A DNA stretch of 32,000 nucleotides from an uncultured archaeon. GTDB lineage: Archaea; Iainarchaeota; Iainarchaeia; Iainarchaeales; JAAZKV01. Under the pieces are notes generated by a model. It was not told the origin of the DNA. It searched no databases and saw only the letters and a program-made list of their open reading frames with translations. The stretch lies in assembly GCA_964551375.1 (NCBI GenBank), contig CAZKBG010000001.1, positions 807,329-839,328 of the forward strand, given 5' to 3'. The position numbers were made by a program, and so were the translations under genes. This document shows positions 7,734-15,226 of the stretch, in pieces (position 1 is the stretch's first letter; every line of letters starts with the position of its first letter).

Positions 7734-10264
7734 ATTCAAAATTATTAATCACCATTGCTTTAGCAATATGCTTACTCATTCCAACTGTATTTGCAGGAAC
7801 AACCCACTGCTGGAGACAAGAAATTGACAGGGGAGTTGGGGCAAATGAATTCATGATAGGGGACGCAAGCTTTGACGCAATATCAGGCGTGTGGATAGCA
7901 ACAATCGGAACAAGAATGGACTTAAACGGATTCGGCTCATTCCAGCTAAATTGCGATGACGGAGCAAGCGGAAGCGGAAAAAACTATGTTGATGTGCTTG
8001 ACGCAACAGACGGAAATATTGTTGCAACAAATGTGACAGGAAATTTAGGCCCTGCGGCAATATCGGGCGGATACTGCATGTATAACGGAAGCATTTGCTA
8101 CAAATACAAAGGCGCATTTTATCCAAGACATGGAGCATGCGATGCAGGAACCGATCCGGCAGTTGGAGCTGGAGAACTAGACGCAATGTCAATAGTGTTT
8201 GATGAAAACAGCGTAGGATATCATGAATATGTTGTGAGATACGGCGCGCTTTCACCAGCAACTGCGGACCCTTACTCGCCAAACTTGTGGATGCAGACAA
8301 TAAAAGTAATAAAAGTATTTGTCGGAATGCCAGGGCTATTAACATTCAACCAGCAGAGATTAAAAAGAATGGGCTATTATGACAAAGACGGCACTGCTGA
8401 AATTGATGTGATATTCACAGTTTTAAATAAATCCCCCTTCACTGCAAGAGTAACTAACTACAATATGGTGTGCAACGGAGAAGTAACTTGCGAACTTCCT
8501 CAAGTGGGCGGGCACCCAGAATATGTTGGATACACAATCAAAACAGACCAGCCGCTTGTAATTCCAGCAAAAGTAAAATTTAATAAAAGAACTACGCTTC
8601 CTGAAGATTTCTTCGCCTCGCTTGAAATGACTTACTCAATTGACGGGCTTGCAAAATGCGACCTTGCAACAGGCGCAGCAACATGCCAGACACGCTCTGC
8701 AGCAATGGAATACAAAATAGGGCTTTTAGACAAGCAGGATTTCCAGATAAATATACTTGGCTCTGAATCGGAAAGAGATTGCGTTGATGCTGAAGGAAAC
8801 CCTGGAAGAACAGGGCCAGAACTTGCGCCAAGAGTGAACTTATCCTTCAATCCTTCCACAGTAAGCTATGATTGTTCAAATATTAATCCAATAACAGGCG
8901 CAGATAATCCAAATTGGGTATACTGTTCTCAAAAAGAATTCTTAGTTCAGTTAAGCAGAAGAATCGGAGAAGGATGGATAAGACTTGGGAATATCAAAAT
9001 TTATGAAAAAGACGGCAACGCAGGCGCAGCGGATGCATTAAGAGTTGAAAATGGAAGAATACTAACATTCAATGCTTACTTAAGAGCGCAGGACATCTCA
9101 CGAGCTCAGGTATCGGCAAATGCTTCTCAATTTGGAACAGGATTATTAACTTCAGTAAATCTTCCAGGAACAGTATTTGATTCAGGCGCAACAGCGGTCG
9201 CAAGAATGAAAAACCTTGTTAATTCAATAAATTTCAAACAATCAATCGGCGGAGTAAGAGTGGATGAAACAATGCTTGAACCCGGAATGTACCAAGTTTC
9301 AATTGACATGAATGACATTGACCTTTCAAGCGCGGCAACTTCAACTTTATTCAAACCTGACGGCTCAATAAACCCTGCCGCAAACATAAAAGTAACTCTT
9401 GAAAAACAAACTCCTCCGGCATTTGACTGGTTCTTCTATTACGATGAAGATTCAGCATCAAGATTTGCGGGAAGCATATACGGAGGAGGCTCAACAGCAA
9501 CTACATTTAACAAAACAAATATACAAGACAGAGGGTTAATTGTTAATTTCACAAAATCAGGCTCATCAATGAGCGGGACTTTATACAAAACAATTGCAAT
9601 TCCTTTAATTGCAAGAATTGCAGACACAAACCTCCCAAGCGTTCCTCCTGCAAAGTTTGACGCACAGGGAAGCGGACTTGGACAGAGCAACTTTACTTAC
9701 TGGACAGGATTTGCAAGCTCACTTCCAGCAGGACCTCAAAGAGGATGCGAAACAATCAGCCTTACTCCTCCGCTTGGAAATAAAGCGCTGCCTTATAGAA
9801 TTGCAGATATAAATGCGGGATTAAACAATATTCAAACTAATATTCATAATTATACAATAGAAGAATTAGTTAACGTTGCGCCAAACAGCGTGATGTATCT
9901 TGAAACAGTTCTATATATGCCAGTGGGCTCGGGATTATGGATACAAGCGCCATTCAAAATATCAACGCTAAACGGAACAACAACAAGCACTCCTCAAAAT
10001 CCGCAGACATTAAATATTTCTCCAAGCGACCAAGCATGGGCAAGCGTGTTTAAGATTGACGGAACAAGCACAAACAACACGCTTGAAAATATATTTGACA
10101 AAATCGCAGACGGAAATGTGTGCGTAATAAGAGACACTTCACAAAGCGCGACAAACTGGAGACTATTCTGGAACCAAACTGCTGTACTTAACGCTCTAAA
10201 TCCAGTTAGAACTTCAATAAGAGATGCTAATTTATGCGCTGCAAGACAGCAATTATCAAGCTAA
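7730..10264 (+). CDS. Secreted 844-aa protein of unknown function, third gene of the envelope operon
   Basis: The ATG at 7730 overlaps the upstream TGA (ATGA at 7730-7733), which indicates translational coupling. Signal peptide MNSKLLITIALAICLLIPTVFA. No other hydrophobic span and no recognisable domain. Confidence 0.85.
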   Translation: MNSKLLITIALAICLLIPTVFAGTTHCWRQEIDRGVGANEFMIGDASFDAISGVWIATIGTRMDLNGFGSFQLNCDDGASGSGKNYVDVLDATDGNIVATNVTGNLGPAAISGGYCMYNGSICYKYKGAFYPRHGACDAGTDPAVGAGELDAMSIVFDENSVGYHEYVVRYGALSPATADPYSPNLWMQTIKVIKVFVGMPGLLTFNQQRLKRMGYYDKDGTAEIDVIFTVLNKSPFTARVTNYNMVCNGEVTCELPQVGGHPEYVGYTIKTDQPLVIPAKVKFNKRTTLPEDFFASLEMTYSIDGLAKCDLATGAATCQTRSAAMEYKIGLLDKQDFQINILGSESERDCVDAEGNPGRTGPELAPRVNLSFNPSTVSYDCSNINPITGADNPNWVYCSQKEFLVQLSRRIGEGWIRLGNIKIYEKDGNAGAADALRVENGRILTFNAYLRAQDISRAQVSANASQFGTGLLTSVNLPGTVFDSGATAVARMKNLVNSINFKQSIGGVRVDETMLEPGMYQVSIDMNDIDLSSAATSTLFKPDGSINPAANIKVTLEKQTPPAFDWFFYYDEDSASRFAGSIYGGGSTATTFNKTNIQDRGLIVNFTKSGSSMSGTLYKTIAIPLIARIADTNLPSVPPAKFDAQGSGLGQSNFTYWTGFASSLPAGPQRGCETISLTPPLGNKALPYRIADINAGLNNIQTNIHNYTIEELVNVAPNSVMYLETVLYMPVGSGLWIQAPFKISTLNGTTTSTPQNPQTLNISPSDQAWASVFKIDGTSTNNTLENIFDKIADGNVCVIRDTSQSATNWRLFWNQTAVLNALNPVRTSIRDANLCAARQQLSS

Positions 10265-10351
10265 AAATCAAGCGCTAAAAACGCCAAAAAAGTACATGAC
10301 TTAACGTGTATTTTTTATAAAAAAAGCTTAATGTAGAAATTTATTTGCTTG

Positions 10352-11146
10352 TTAAGGCAATTTCATCTTAAAATATCCTGCGAGAATCAGAATTACTGCA
10401 AGCGCCATTAATAAAATCAAAAAACCTTTGCTTTCAAAAAAAGAAACGCTTTTTTTCACAATCCCTTTTGAGTTTTTAGCGTCTTTAGAGCCTGAAGAAA
10501 CCGATGCAGCGCCCATCATTATTGCTTCTTTTGAATATTTCAGCCAATTTGAAGGCGTCTTAAGCTCATTAATTGTTTCTCTTGTTACTTCAAGATAGCC
10601 CTTCTCTCTATTTGGCACACCGCTAATACCCTCAATCTTTCCATCAATGGCATTAATTGTAAGCGCGTACTCTTTTCTTCCCGCAATAACAGTTGTCATG
10701 TAAAGAGGGAGAAGAAATTTCTTCGCGCTTGAAACAACAACATTGCTTTTTGGAACATTAAAATACTCCGCGGTTTTTAATTGCAAAATCTCATCCTGTT
10801 CGCGCTTTTCGATATTGCACCACTTTTCATCATACTCGCCTTTAGGAATATCCGAGTGCGATTTTTTCCAGCTGTGCTTAATCAGTTCGACATAATCTTC
10901 CCTCACAACAATTTTGTGCCCATTCACAGCCAAAATTCCGTGGATAGTTTTTTTCACAGTCCGCTTTGAATCAATAGCGTCTTCGACATAGTAGTGATAA
11001 TTAAATAAAAAATAAGGCACTAAGAAGAGCTTCAAAGGCTTGAGCTCATATTCGTGCCAATTTCGTTTTTCAAGTTCTTTCTTAATTAAATCCGTCGCGC
11101 CAGAGGCGGTGATGTTGATAGGCAATAGCGGATTGCCCAAGTACAA
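10352..11146 (-). CDS. Tail-anchored (C-terminal TM) protein of unknown function, coupled to sepF
   Basis: The only start candidates near the 5' end are TTG (11146 or 11140), 5 nt after the sepF stop. There is no signal peptide. A single C-terminal hydrophobic span, FLILLMALAVILILAGYF, is followed by KMKLP. Two similar beta-rich modules are present (IHGILAVNGHKIVV and ALTINAIDGKIEGI). Confidence 0.7.
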   Translation of the reverse strand: MYLGNPLLPINITASGATDLIKKELEKRNWHEYELKPLKLFLVPYFLFNYHYYVEDAIDSKRTVKKTIHGILAVNGHKIVVREDYVELIKHSWKKSHSDIPKGEYDEKWCNIEKREQDEILQLKTAEYFNVPKSNVVVSSAKKFLLPLYMTTVIAGRKEYALTINAIDGKIEGISGVPNREKGYLEVTRETINELKTPSNWLKYSKEAIMMGAASVSSGSKDAKNSKGIVKKSVSFFESKGFLILLMALAVILILAGYFKMKLP

Positions 11147-11151
11147 CTAAC

Positions 11152-11508
11152 TCACTGTCCCTTTTTCTTTATGATTTTAACTTTTGATGGAGTAACTAAA
11201 ACTCTATCTGCGCTAATTCCAGCCATGTCTCCGTCAATAGCTCTAACTTCGTTTTTAATTCTTCCAAGAAGCTCTTTTAATTTTGCTTTGTTTCTCTTAG
11301 TCATATCAGCGATGTTAACAAGAGCAATATTTCCCTGTTTAACTTCTCTAATAATAGCTTCAGCATCAGGATCAGAATTCAAATCCATTGGCTTAACAAG
11401 AGCGTCAGCATTTTCGTAGCTTTCTTCCTGCACTGCGTCCAAGTTGTTCAAAAAGTCTTCTAAATCAACTGAACCTTCTTTTGTCATTACTTTGTTAAAA
11501 AAACCCAA
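11152..11508 (-). CDS. sepF: Cell division protein SepF (FtsZ membrane anchor), 118 aa with a TTG start
   Basis: The core sequence KQGNIALVNIADMTKRNKAKLKELLGRIKNEVRAIDGDMAGISADRVLVTPSKVKI matches the SepF/DUF552 fold pattern. The TTG at 11508 is preceded by GGGGTGG with a 5-nt spacer and gives the N-terminus (M)GFFNKVM, an amphipathic helix. The track start at 11610 adds 34 implausible residues. The ATG at 11487 is the alternative start. Confidence 0.85.
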   Translation of the reverse strand: MGFFNKVMTKEGSVDLEDFLNNLDAVQEESYENADALVKPMDLNSDPDAEAIIREVKQGNIALVNIADMTKRNKAKLKELLGRIKNEVRAIDGDMAGISADRVLVTPSKVKIIKKKGQ

Positions 11509-11558
11509 ACTAACCACCCCGCGTAAAAGCGCGTATATTACCTTTTCTTGAGTAAAAC

Positions 11559-11566
11559 ATTTAAAA
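11559..11566 (-). promoter_or_regulatory. Candidate TATA box for sepF
   Basis: The minus strand reads TTTTAAAT about 50 nt upstream of the TTG at 11508. This would leave a ~25-30 nt leader containing the GGTGG Shine-Dalgarno motif. Confidence 0.3.
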
Positions 11567-11740
11567 GCCCTATGTTTAGCTCGTAAAAGTAAGTAAATTA
11601 ATCTTTTCAAAATTTTTTTGATTTTGTTTAACCGCAGGCAAGTTTTTAGCCAAAGTATAGAATCCGAACAGGGAACTAATTAATGCAAGGTAAGGGGTGT
11701 ATTAGTGGAAGAGAGTGCTGGGAAGTGAGACAGCCAGTAT

Positions 11741-11748
11741 TTTTATAA
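11741..11748 (+). promoter_or_regulatory. Candidate TATA box for cdc6/orc1
   Basis: TTTTATAA lies ~43 nt upstream of the ATG at 11791. Its position rules out the track's TTG start at 11752, which would sit upstream of the expected transcription start. Confidence 0.45.
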
Positions 11749-11790
11749 CTTTTGACTCACAAAATCAATTGGTTAGGGGACGGGGAAAAA

Positions 11791-13002
11791 ATGGATAATA
11801 TTTTTGAAAAACAAATGTCAAAGAACACAGTTTTTCAAAGCAAAGATATAATCTCTCCTCACTACGTTCCTGACAAACTTCCTTTTAGAGAAAAACAAAT
11901 TGAAGAAATCACACAAGGATTATCCGCTGTAATAAATAATTCAAAACCAAATAATCTTTTTGTTTACGGAAAAACAGGAACGGGAAAAACAAGCACAGTA
12001 AAACATGTTCTTGAGCAGCTTGACACATTTGCAAAGAAAAAAGAAATGAGCGCATCCTCCTGCTATGTTAATTGCAGAAGCCACTCATCAAAATACAAAG
12101 TTCTGCTAAAAGCGCTTCGCTCATTCTATCCTGAAAAAGATTTTTTAGGATACAGCGCATCATTTGTTTATGAAAAACTGCTTGAATACGCAAGCCAGAA
12201 AAAAGCTCACTTAATTTTAGTGCTTGACGAGATTGACAAAGTAAAAGATATTGATGATTTAGTGTACTCGCTAAGCAGAGGAAATGACGAGCTTGAAGGC
12301 GGCTCAATTACAATGATAGGAATTTCAAACAACTTAATGTTTAAAGAAAAACTTGACCCAAGAACAAAAAGCTCTCTATGTGAAAGGGAATTAGTATTTA
12401 ATCCATACAACGCAACTGAACTCCGCGAAATACTAACTGAAAGATGCTCAATTTCATTCAAACAAAACGCGGTTGCAGAACCAGCAATACTGCTTGCAAG
12501 CGCAATTGCTGCGCAGGAAAGCGGAGACGCAAGAACCGCAGTAATGCTTATGCAAAGAGCAGGAGAAATAGCGGATGTAGAGCAGGTGATGGTAGTAACT
12601 GATACTCATGTTCAAAAAGCAAAAGCAAGCGTGGAAGAAGAAATAATTATTTCAATGATATCAACACTTCCCCAGCAGCAGCAAATGGTGCTTTATGCAA
12701 TCGCGCAGCTCACCACCCAAAGAAAAGGAATAAAAAAAGTGAACGGAGAAGTGGAAGAAGGAGTGCTTTATTCAGGCGAAATATTTGAGACATACTCTGA
12801 TCTTGCAAAGAAATTTGAAGAACACACAATCACGAGCCGTTGGTATAGACAGTACATAAACGAACTTGAAATGTACGGGTTGATTTTAGTAACCGCAAGC
12901 GGAAAGGGGATCAAAGGACAAACAAGACTCATAAAACTCGGATTTGACGCAAACAAAATCAAAGCAGCGCTTGAGAAAGAACTTTTTAAAACAATGAATT
13001 AA
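11791..13002 (+). CDS. cdc6: Cdc6/Orc1 replication initiator (AAA+ ATPase with C-terminal winged helix)
   Basis: Walker A motif YGKTGTGKTS, Walker B motif LILVLDEID, sensor-2-like SGDARTAV, and the typical N-terminal HYVPDKLPFREKQIEE. The ATG at 11791 is preferred over the TTG at 11752. Confidence 0.92.
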   Translation: MDNIFEKQMSKNTVFQSKDIISPHYVPDKLPFREKQIEEITQGLSAVINNSKPNNLFVYGKTGTGKTSTVKHVLEQLDTFAKKKEMSASSCYVNCRSHSSKYKVLLKALRSFYPEKDFLGYSASFVYEKLLEYASQKKAHLILVLDEIDKVKDIDDLVYSLSRGNDELEGGSITMIGISNNLMFKEKLDPRTKSSLCERELVFNPYNATELREILTERCSISFKQNAVAEPAILLASAIAAQESGDARTAVMLMQRAGEIADVEQVMVVTDTHVQKAKASVEEEIIISMISTLPQQQQMVLYAIAQLTTQRKGIKKVNGEVEEGVLYSGEIFETYSDLAKKFEEHTITSRWYRQYINELEMYGLILVTASGKGIKGQTRLIKLGFDANKIKAALEKELFKTMN

Positions 13003-13041
13003 TACGACTTAGCTATTTTTTTTAAGTTGTTTTAGGAAGTA

Positions 13042-13049
13042 TTTTATTT
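13042..13049 (+). promoter_or_regulatory. Candidate TATA box for the pilin-like adhesin gene (leaderless geometry)
   Basis: TTTTATTT ends 20 nt before the ATG at 13070. The expected transcription start therefore falls at or next to the start codon. No Shine-Dalgarno motif is present. Confidence 0.45.
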
Positions 13050-13069
13050 GAATAAAGCGTGATAGTACT

Positions 13070-14866
13070 ATGCAAAGCTTGAGAAAAAAATCAACTGCCC
13101 AAGGAACAATAGAATACTTAGTAATTATGGCAATAGTAATAGTAATTGCGCTTGTGCTTGTGGGAATATTAAGCGGATTTTTTGGAGGAAGCGGAGAATC
13201 AACTGGGTTTAATGCGGTTGATGTCGGAAACAAAACTAACTCAGGAGTGGCAATACTTGAAACAGTAGCTGATTCAGAAGGAGATTCGCTTGTAAGACTC
13301 ACTAATAATTCAGGGGACACAATTACAATAAACAAAGTGACTACCACAGGCGGAGAAAACAGCTTTAATGAAACACTTCCCGCAAACACTGAAAGAACAT
13401 TTTCTTTAAACGACTTTGATTTAAGCTGCCCATGCGACGGACAAAGTGTCAAAAAAATCTGTGAGTTTACAATTCAATACACTAACCAATACGGGCTTGA
13501 AAAAAGCCAAAATGTGCGAGCAGTAGTTGACTGCGTTAATGACGCCCGCGCAGGAGGAAATACTCCTGTTGCTGGACTTGGAAGCGGAACTCTATCTGAT
13601 CCTTGGATAATAAATTCCTGTGCTGAACTTCAAGACATGAATAACCATTTAGACGGCAACTATGCGCTTGGCGGTAATATTAACTGCGCAGATTCGCTTA
13701 CATGGAACAATGGAGCAGGATTCAGTCCAATAGGATTTACAACAACAAACGGAGCAGGATGTCCGCCAGATTCAGCGCCATTTTGGGACTTATGCCTAAC
13801 TCCTGACACACAATACTTTAACGGAACACTTGACGGAAAAGGATTTACAATAAGCAATTTTTACATAAACCGCCTTGATGAAAATTTTGTAGGACTATTC
13901 AAAGTGCTTGGAGATACTGCGAGAATAACAAATCTAAATTTTACAGGAGCAAATGTAACAGGCGGAAGCGAAGTCGGAACAATTGCGGGAATGAATTACA
14001 GCGGGTATGCTGAAAGAGTAATTGTAAACGGAGATATTAACGGCGGAGCGTATGTCGGAGGATTATTCGGAAGCGCAGCAGTGAATTCAGACACAAACAA
14101 AAGCGCATCAATTTATCTCTCTGGAACAAGCGGAAAAGTCAACGGCGGGTATAGAGTCGGATGCCTTGTAGGAAACGGACACTCTTTCACAATTGATAAA
14201 TCATATTCAACCTGTGATGTAAACGCGGTTGTGGAAGCAGGAGGGCTAGTTGGAACAGTGTGGTATAATACAGTGATTACACGAAGCTATGCGACAGGAA
14301 ATGCAACTGCAGACCAAACATTAGCAGGAGGACTTGCCTCAGCATCAAATGGGACAATCAGAGACTGCTATGCGACAGGAAATGTAATAGCACTATCAGG
14401 AGCTGGCGGATTAATGGGCGGAGGAGGAGCACTAGTAATGAATAGTTATGCTACAGGCACAGTAACTTCACCACGCGCAACAGGAGGGCTAATTGGAGAT
14501 ACAATCGGGGCGATAGTAAATTCATTTGCAACAGGGCGTGTTACGGGAGATGCAAATGTTGGCGGAGTAGCAGGAGTAGTATGGGATGCATGGTGTCAAT
14601 ATGATGAAAATGTAAACTGGTCAACAACTAATACAACAATGCCAGACGCATATGGCGCATGGTATGCAAATCACGCGGGCGGATGCGGAATAAATAATTA
14701 CACACACGCGGTTGGGGTAAATAATCCTGACGGCAATTATGAATACTGGTATAATCCAACAAATACTCCTTTGCAATATTGGGGCGGATTTGGCTCGGAT
14801 AAGAACTGGAATATTTGCTCAGGGCAGGGCTTTCCTTGGCTGTCATGGGAAAACAGAACCTGCTGA
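13070..14866 (+). CDS. Class III signal peptide (archaeal type IV pilin-like) protein fused to a GLUG-repeat beta-helix adhesin domain, 598 aa
   Basis: The N-terminus MQSLRKKSTAQGTIEYLVIMAIVIVIALVLVGIL matches the class III signal pattern (basic n-region, then Q-x-[ST]-x-E-x-x-x-hydrophobic, then a hydrophobic helix). Residues ~170-270, GSGTLSDPWIINSCAELQDMNNHLDGNYAL...FNGTLDGKGFTISNF, form the usual lead-in to GLUG repeats. Residues 273-510 carry about 8-9 GLUG-type repeats. The C-terminus is an aromatic/Asn-rich cap ending GQGFPWLSWE. Confidence 0.85.
   Translation: MQSLRKKSTAQGTIEYLVIMAIVIVIALVLVGILSGFFGGSGESTGFNAVDVGNKTNSGVAILETVADSEGDSLVRLTNNSGDTITINKVTTTGGENSFNETLPANTERTFSLNDFDLSCPCDGQSVKKICEFTIQYTNQYGLEKSQNVRAVVDCVNDARAGGNTPVAGLGSGTLSDPWIINSCAELQDMNNHLDGNYALGGNINCADSLTWNNGAGFSPIGFTTTNGAGCPPDSAPFWDLCLTPDTQYFNGTLDGKGFTISNFYINRLDENFVGLFKVLGDTARITNLNFTGANVTGGSEVGTIAGMNYSGYAERVIVNGDINGGAYVGGLFGSAAVNSDTNKSASIYLSGTSGKVNGGYRVGCLVGNGHSFTIDKSYSTCDVNAVVEAGGLVGTVWYNTVITRSYATGNATADQTLAGGLASASNGTIRDCYATGNVIALSGAGGLMGGGGALVMNSYATGTVTSPRATGGLIGDTIGAIVNSFATGRVTGDANVGGVAGVVWDAWCQYDENVNWSTTNTTMPDAYGAWYANHAGGCGINNYTHAVGVNNPDGNYEYWYNPTNTPLQYWGGFGSDKNWNICSGQGFPWLSWENRTC
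13886..14599 (+). repeat. GLUG-type repeats (about 8-9 units of ~26-30 aa) within the pilin-like adhesin
   Basis: Recurrent units include VGGLFGSAAV..., AGGLVGTVWYNTVITRSYATGNATADQT, LAGGLASASNGTIRDCYATGNVIALSG, AGGLMGGGGALVMNSYATGTVTSPRA, TGGLIGDTIGAIVNSFATGRVTGDAN and VGGVAGV. Confidence 0.8.
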
Positions 14867-14916
14867 AATATTTACCTTGCGAAAGCTAAAAGTATCAAAA
14901 AGCGGATTTAGTGTTT

Positions 14917-15186
14917 TCACTTTTTATAAATCTCTTTAAGCCAAATCTTTTTGAAAAGCGGAAGCGATAATGTTGACAAAACAAAACCTGCTGTGGGCAC
15001 AAGAGCGTTCACAAAAGGATTTGGCAAATTAGCCACAATAAAAAACAAGACAATTACAATGTAAGTCAAAATTGCAATAATTATTTTTCTTGTTTTGCTC
15101 ACTTCCCAAGCCTTGTCAATCTCCACGCGCGCGTTTCTTTCCTTAATTGCTTCAATTTCTTTTTTTGCGCTTCTTGATGCAGCCAT
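14917..15186 (-). CDS. Small (89 aa) two-TM membrane protein of unknown function
   Basis: The ATG is preceded by AAGGTGA with a 4-nt spacer. A charged N-terminal helix (KKEIEAIKERNARVEIDKAWEVSKTRK) is followed by two hydrophobic spans. The gene lies 40 nt downstream of polD DP2 on the same strand. Confidence 0.7.
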   Translation of the reverse strand: MAASRSAKKEIEAIKERNARVEIDKAWEVSKTRKIIIAILTYIVIVLFFIVANLPNPFVNALVPTAGFVLSTLSLPLFKKIWLKEIYKK

Positions 15187-15226
15187 TAATTCACCTTAAG
15201 TATATGCAGTTTAGATAATTAAATAT

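Noticed and set aside
7851-8345. 164-aa ORF antisense to the 844-aa secreted-protein gene, along with similar antisense ORFs inside the envelope genes (826-1086, 1675-1857, 3775-4117, 4780-5569, 6413-6919, 8592-8859, 9127-9690)
   Set aside because: All lie entirely inside long, well-supported CDSs on the opposite strand. They have Leu/Ser/Arg-rich low-complexity translations and no ribosome-binding site or promoter, so they are typical shadow ORFs.
11509-11610. 34-codon N-terminal extension of sepF in the ORF track (MKRLIYLLLRAKHRAF...)
   Set aside because: The extension has no ribosome-binding site and is unlike SepF. An internal TTG with a strong GGGGTGG Shine-Dalgarno motif produces a canonical-length protein with the expected amphipathic N-terminus.
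11752-11790. TTG-initiated 13-codon extension of cdc6 in the ORF track
   Set aside because: The TTG lies only a few nt downstream of the TTTTATAA TATA-like box, upstream of the expected transcription start. The ATG at 11791 follows a G-rich ribosome-binding region.
13009-13452. 147-aa minus-strand ORF overlapping the 5' third of the pilin-like adhesin gene
   Set aside because: The plus-strand frame carries a textbook class III signal peptide and continues into GLUG repeats. The minus-strand product is a low-complexity mirror of it.
14739-14939. 66-aa plus-strand ORF overlapping the 3' end of the adhesin gene and the convergent small membrane gene
   Set aside because: It is out of frame with, and contained in, two better-supported genes, and it has no start context.
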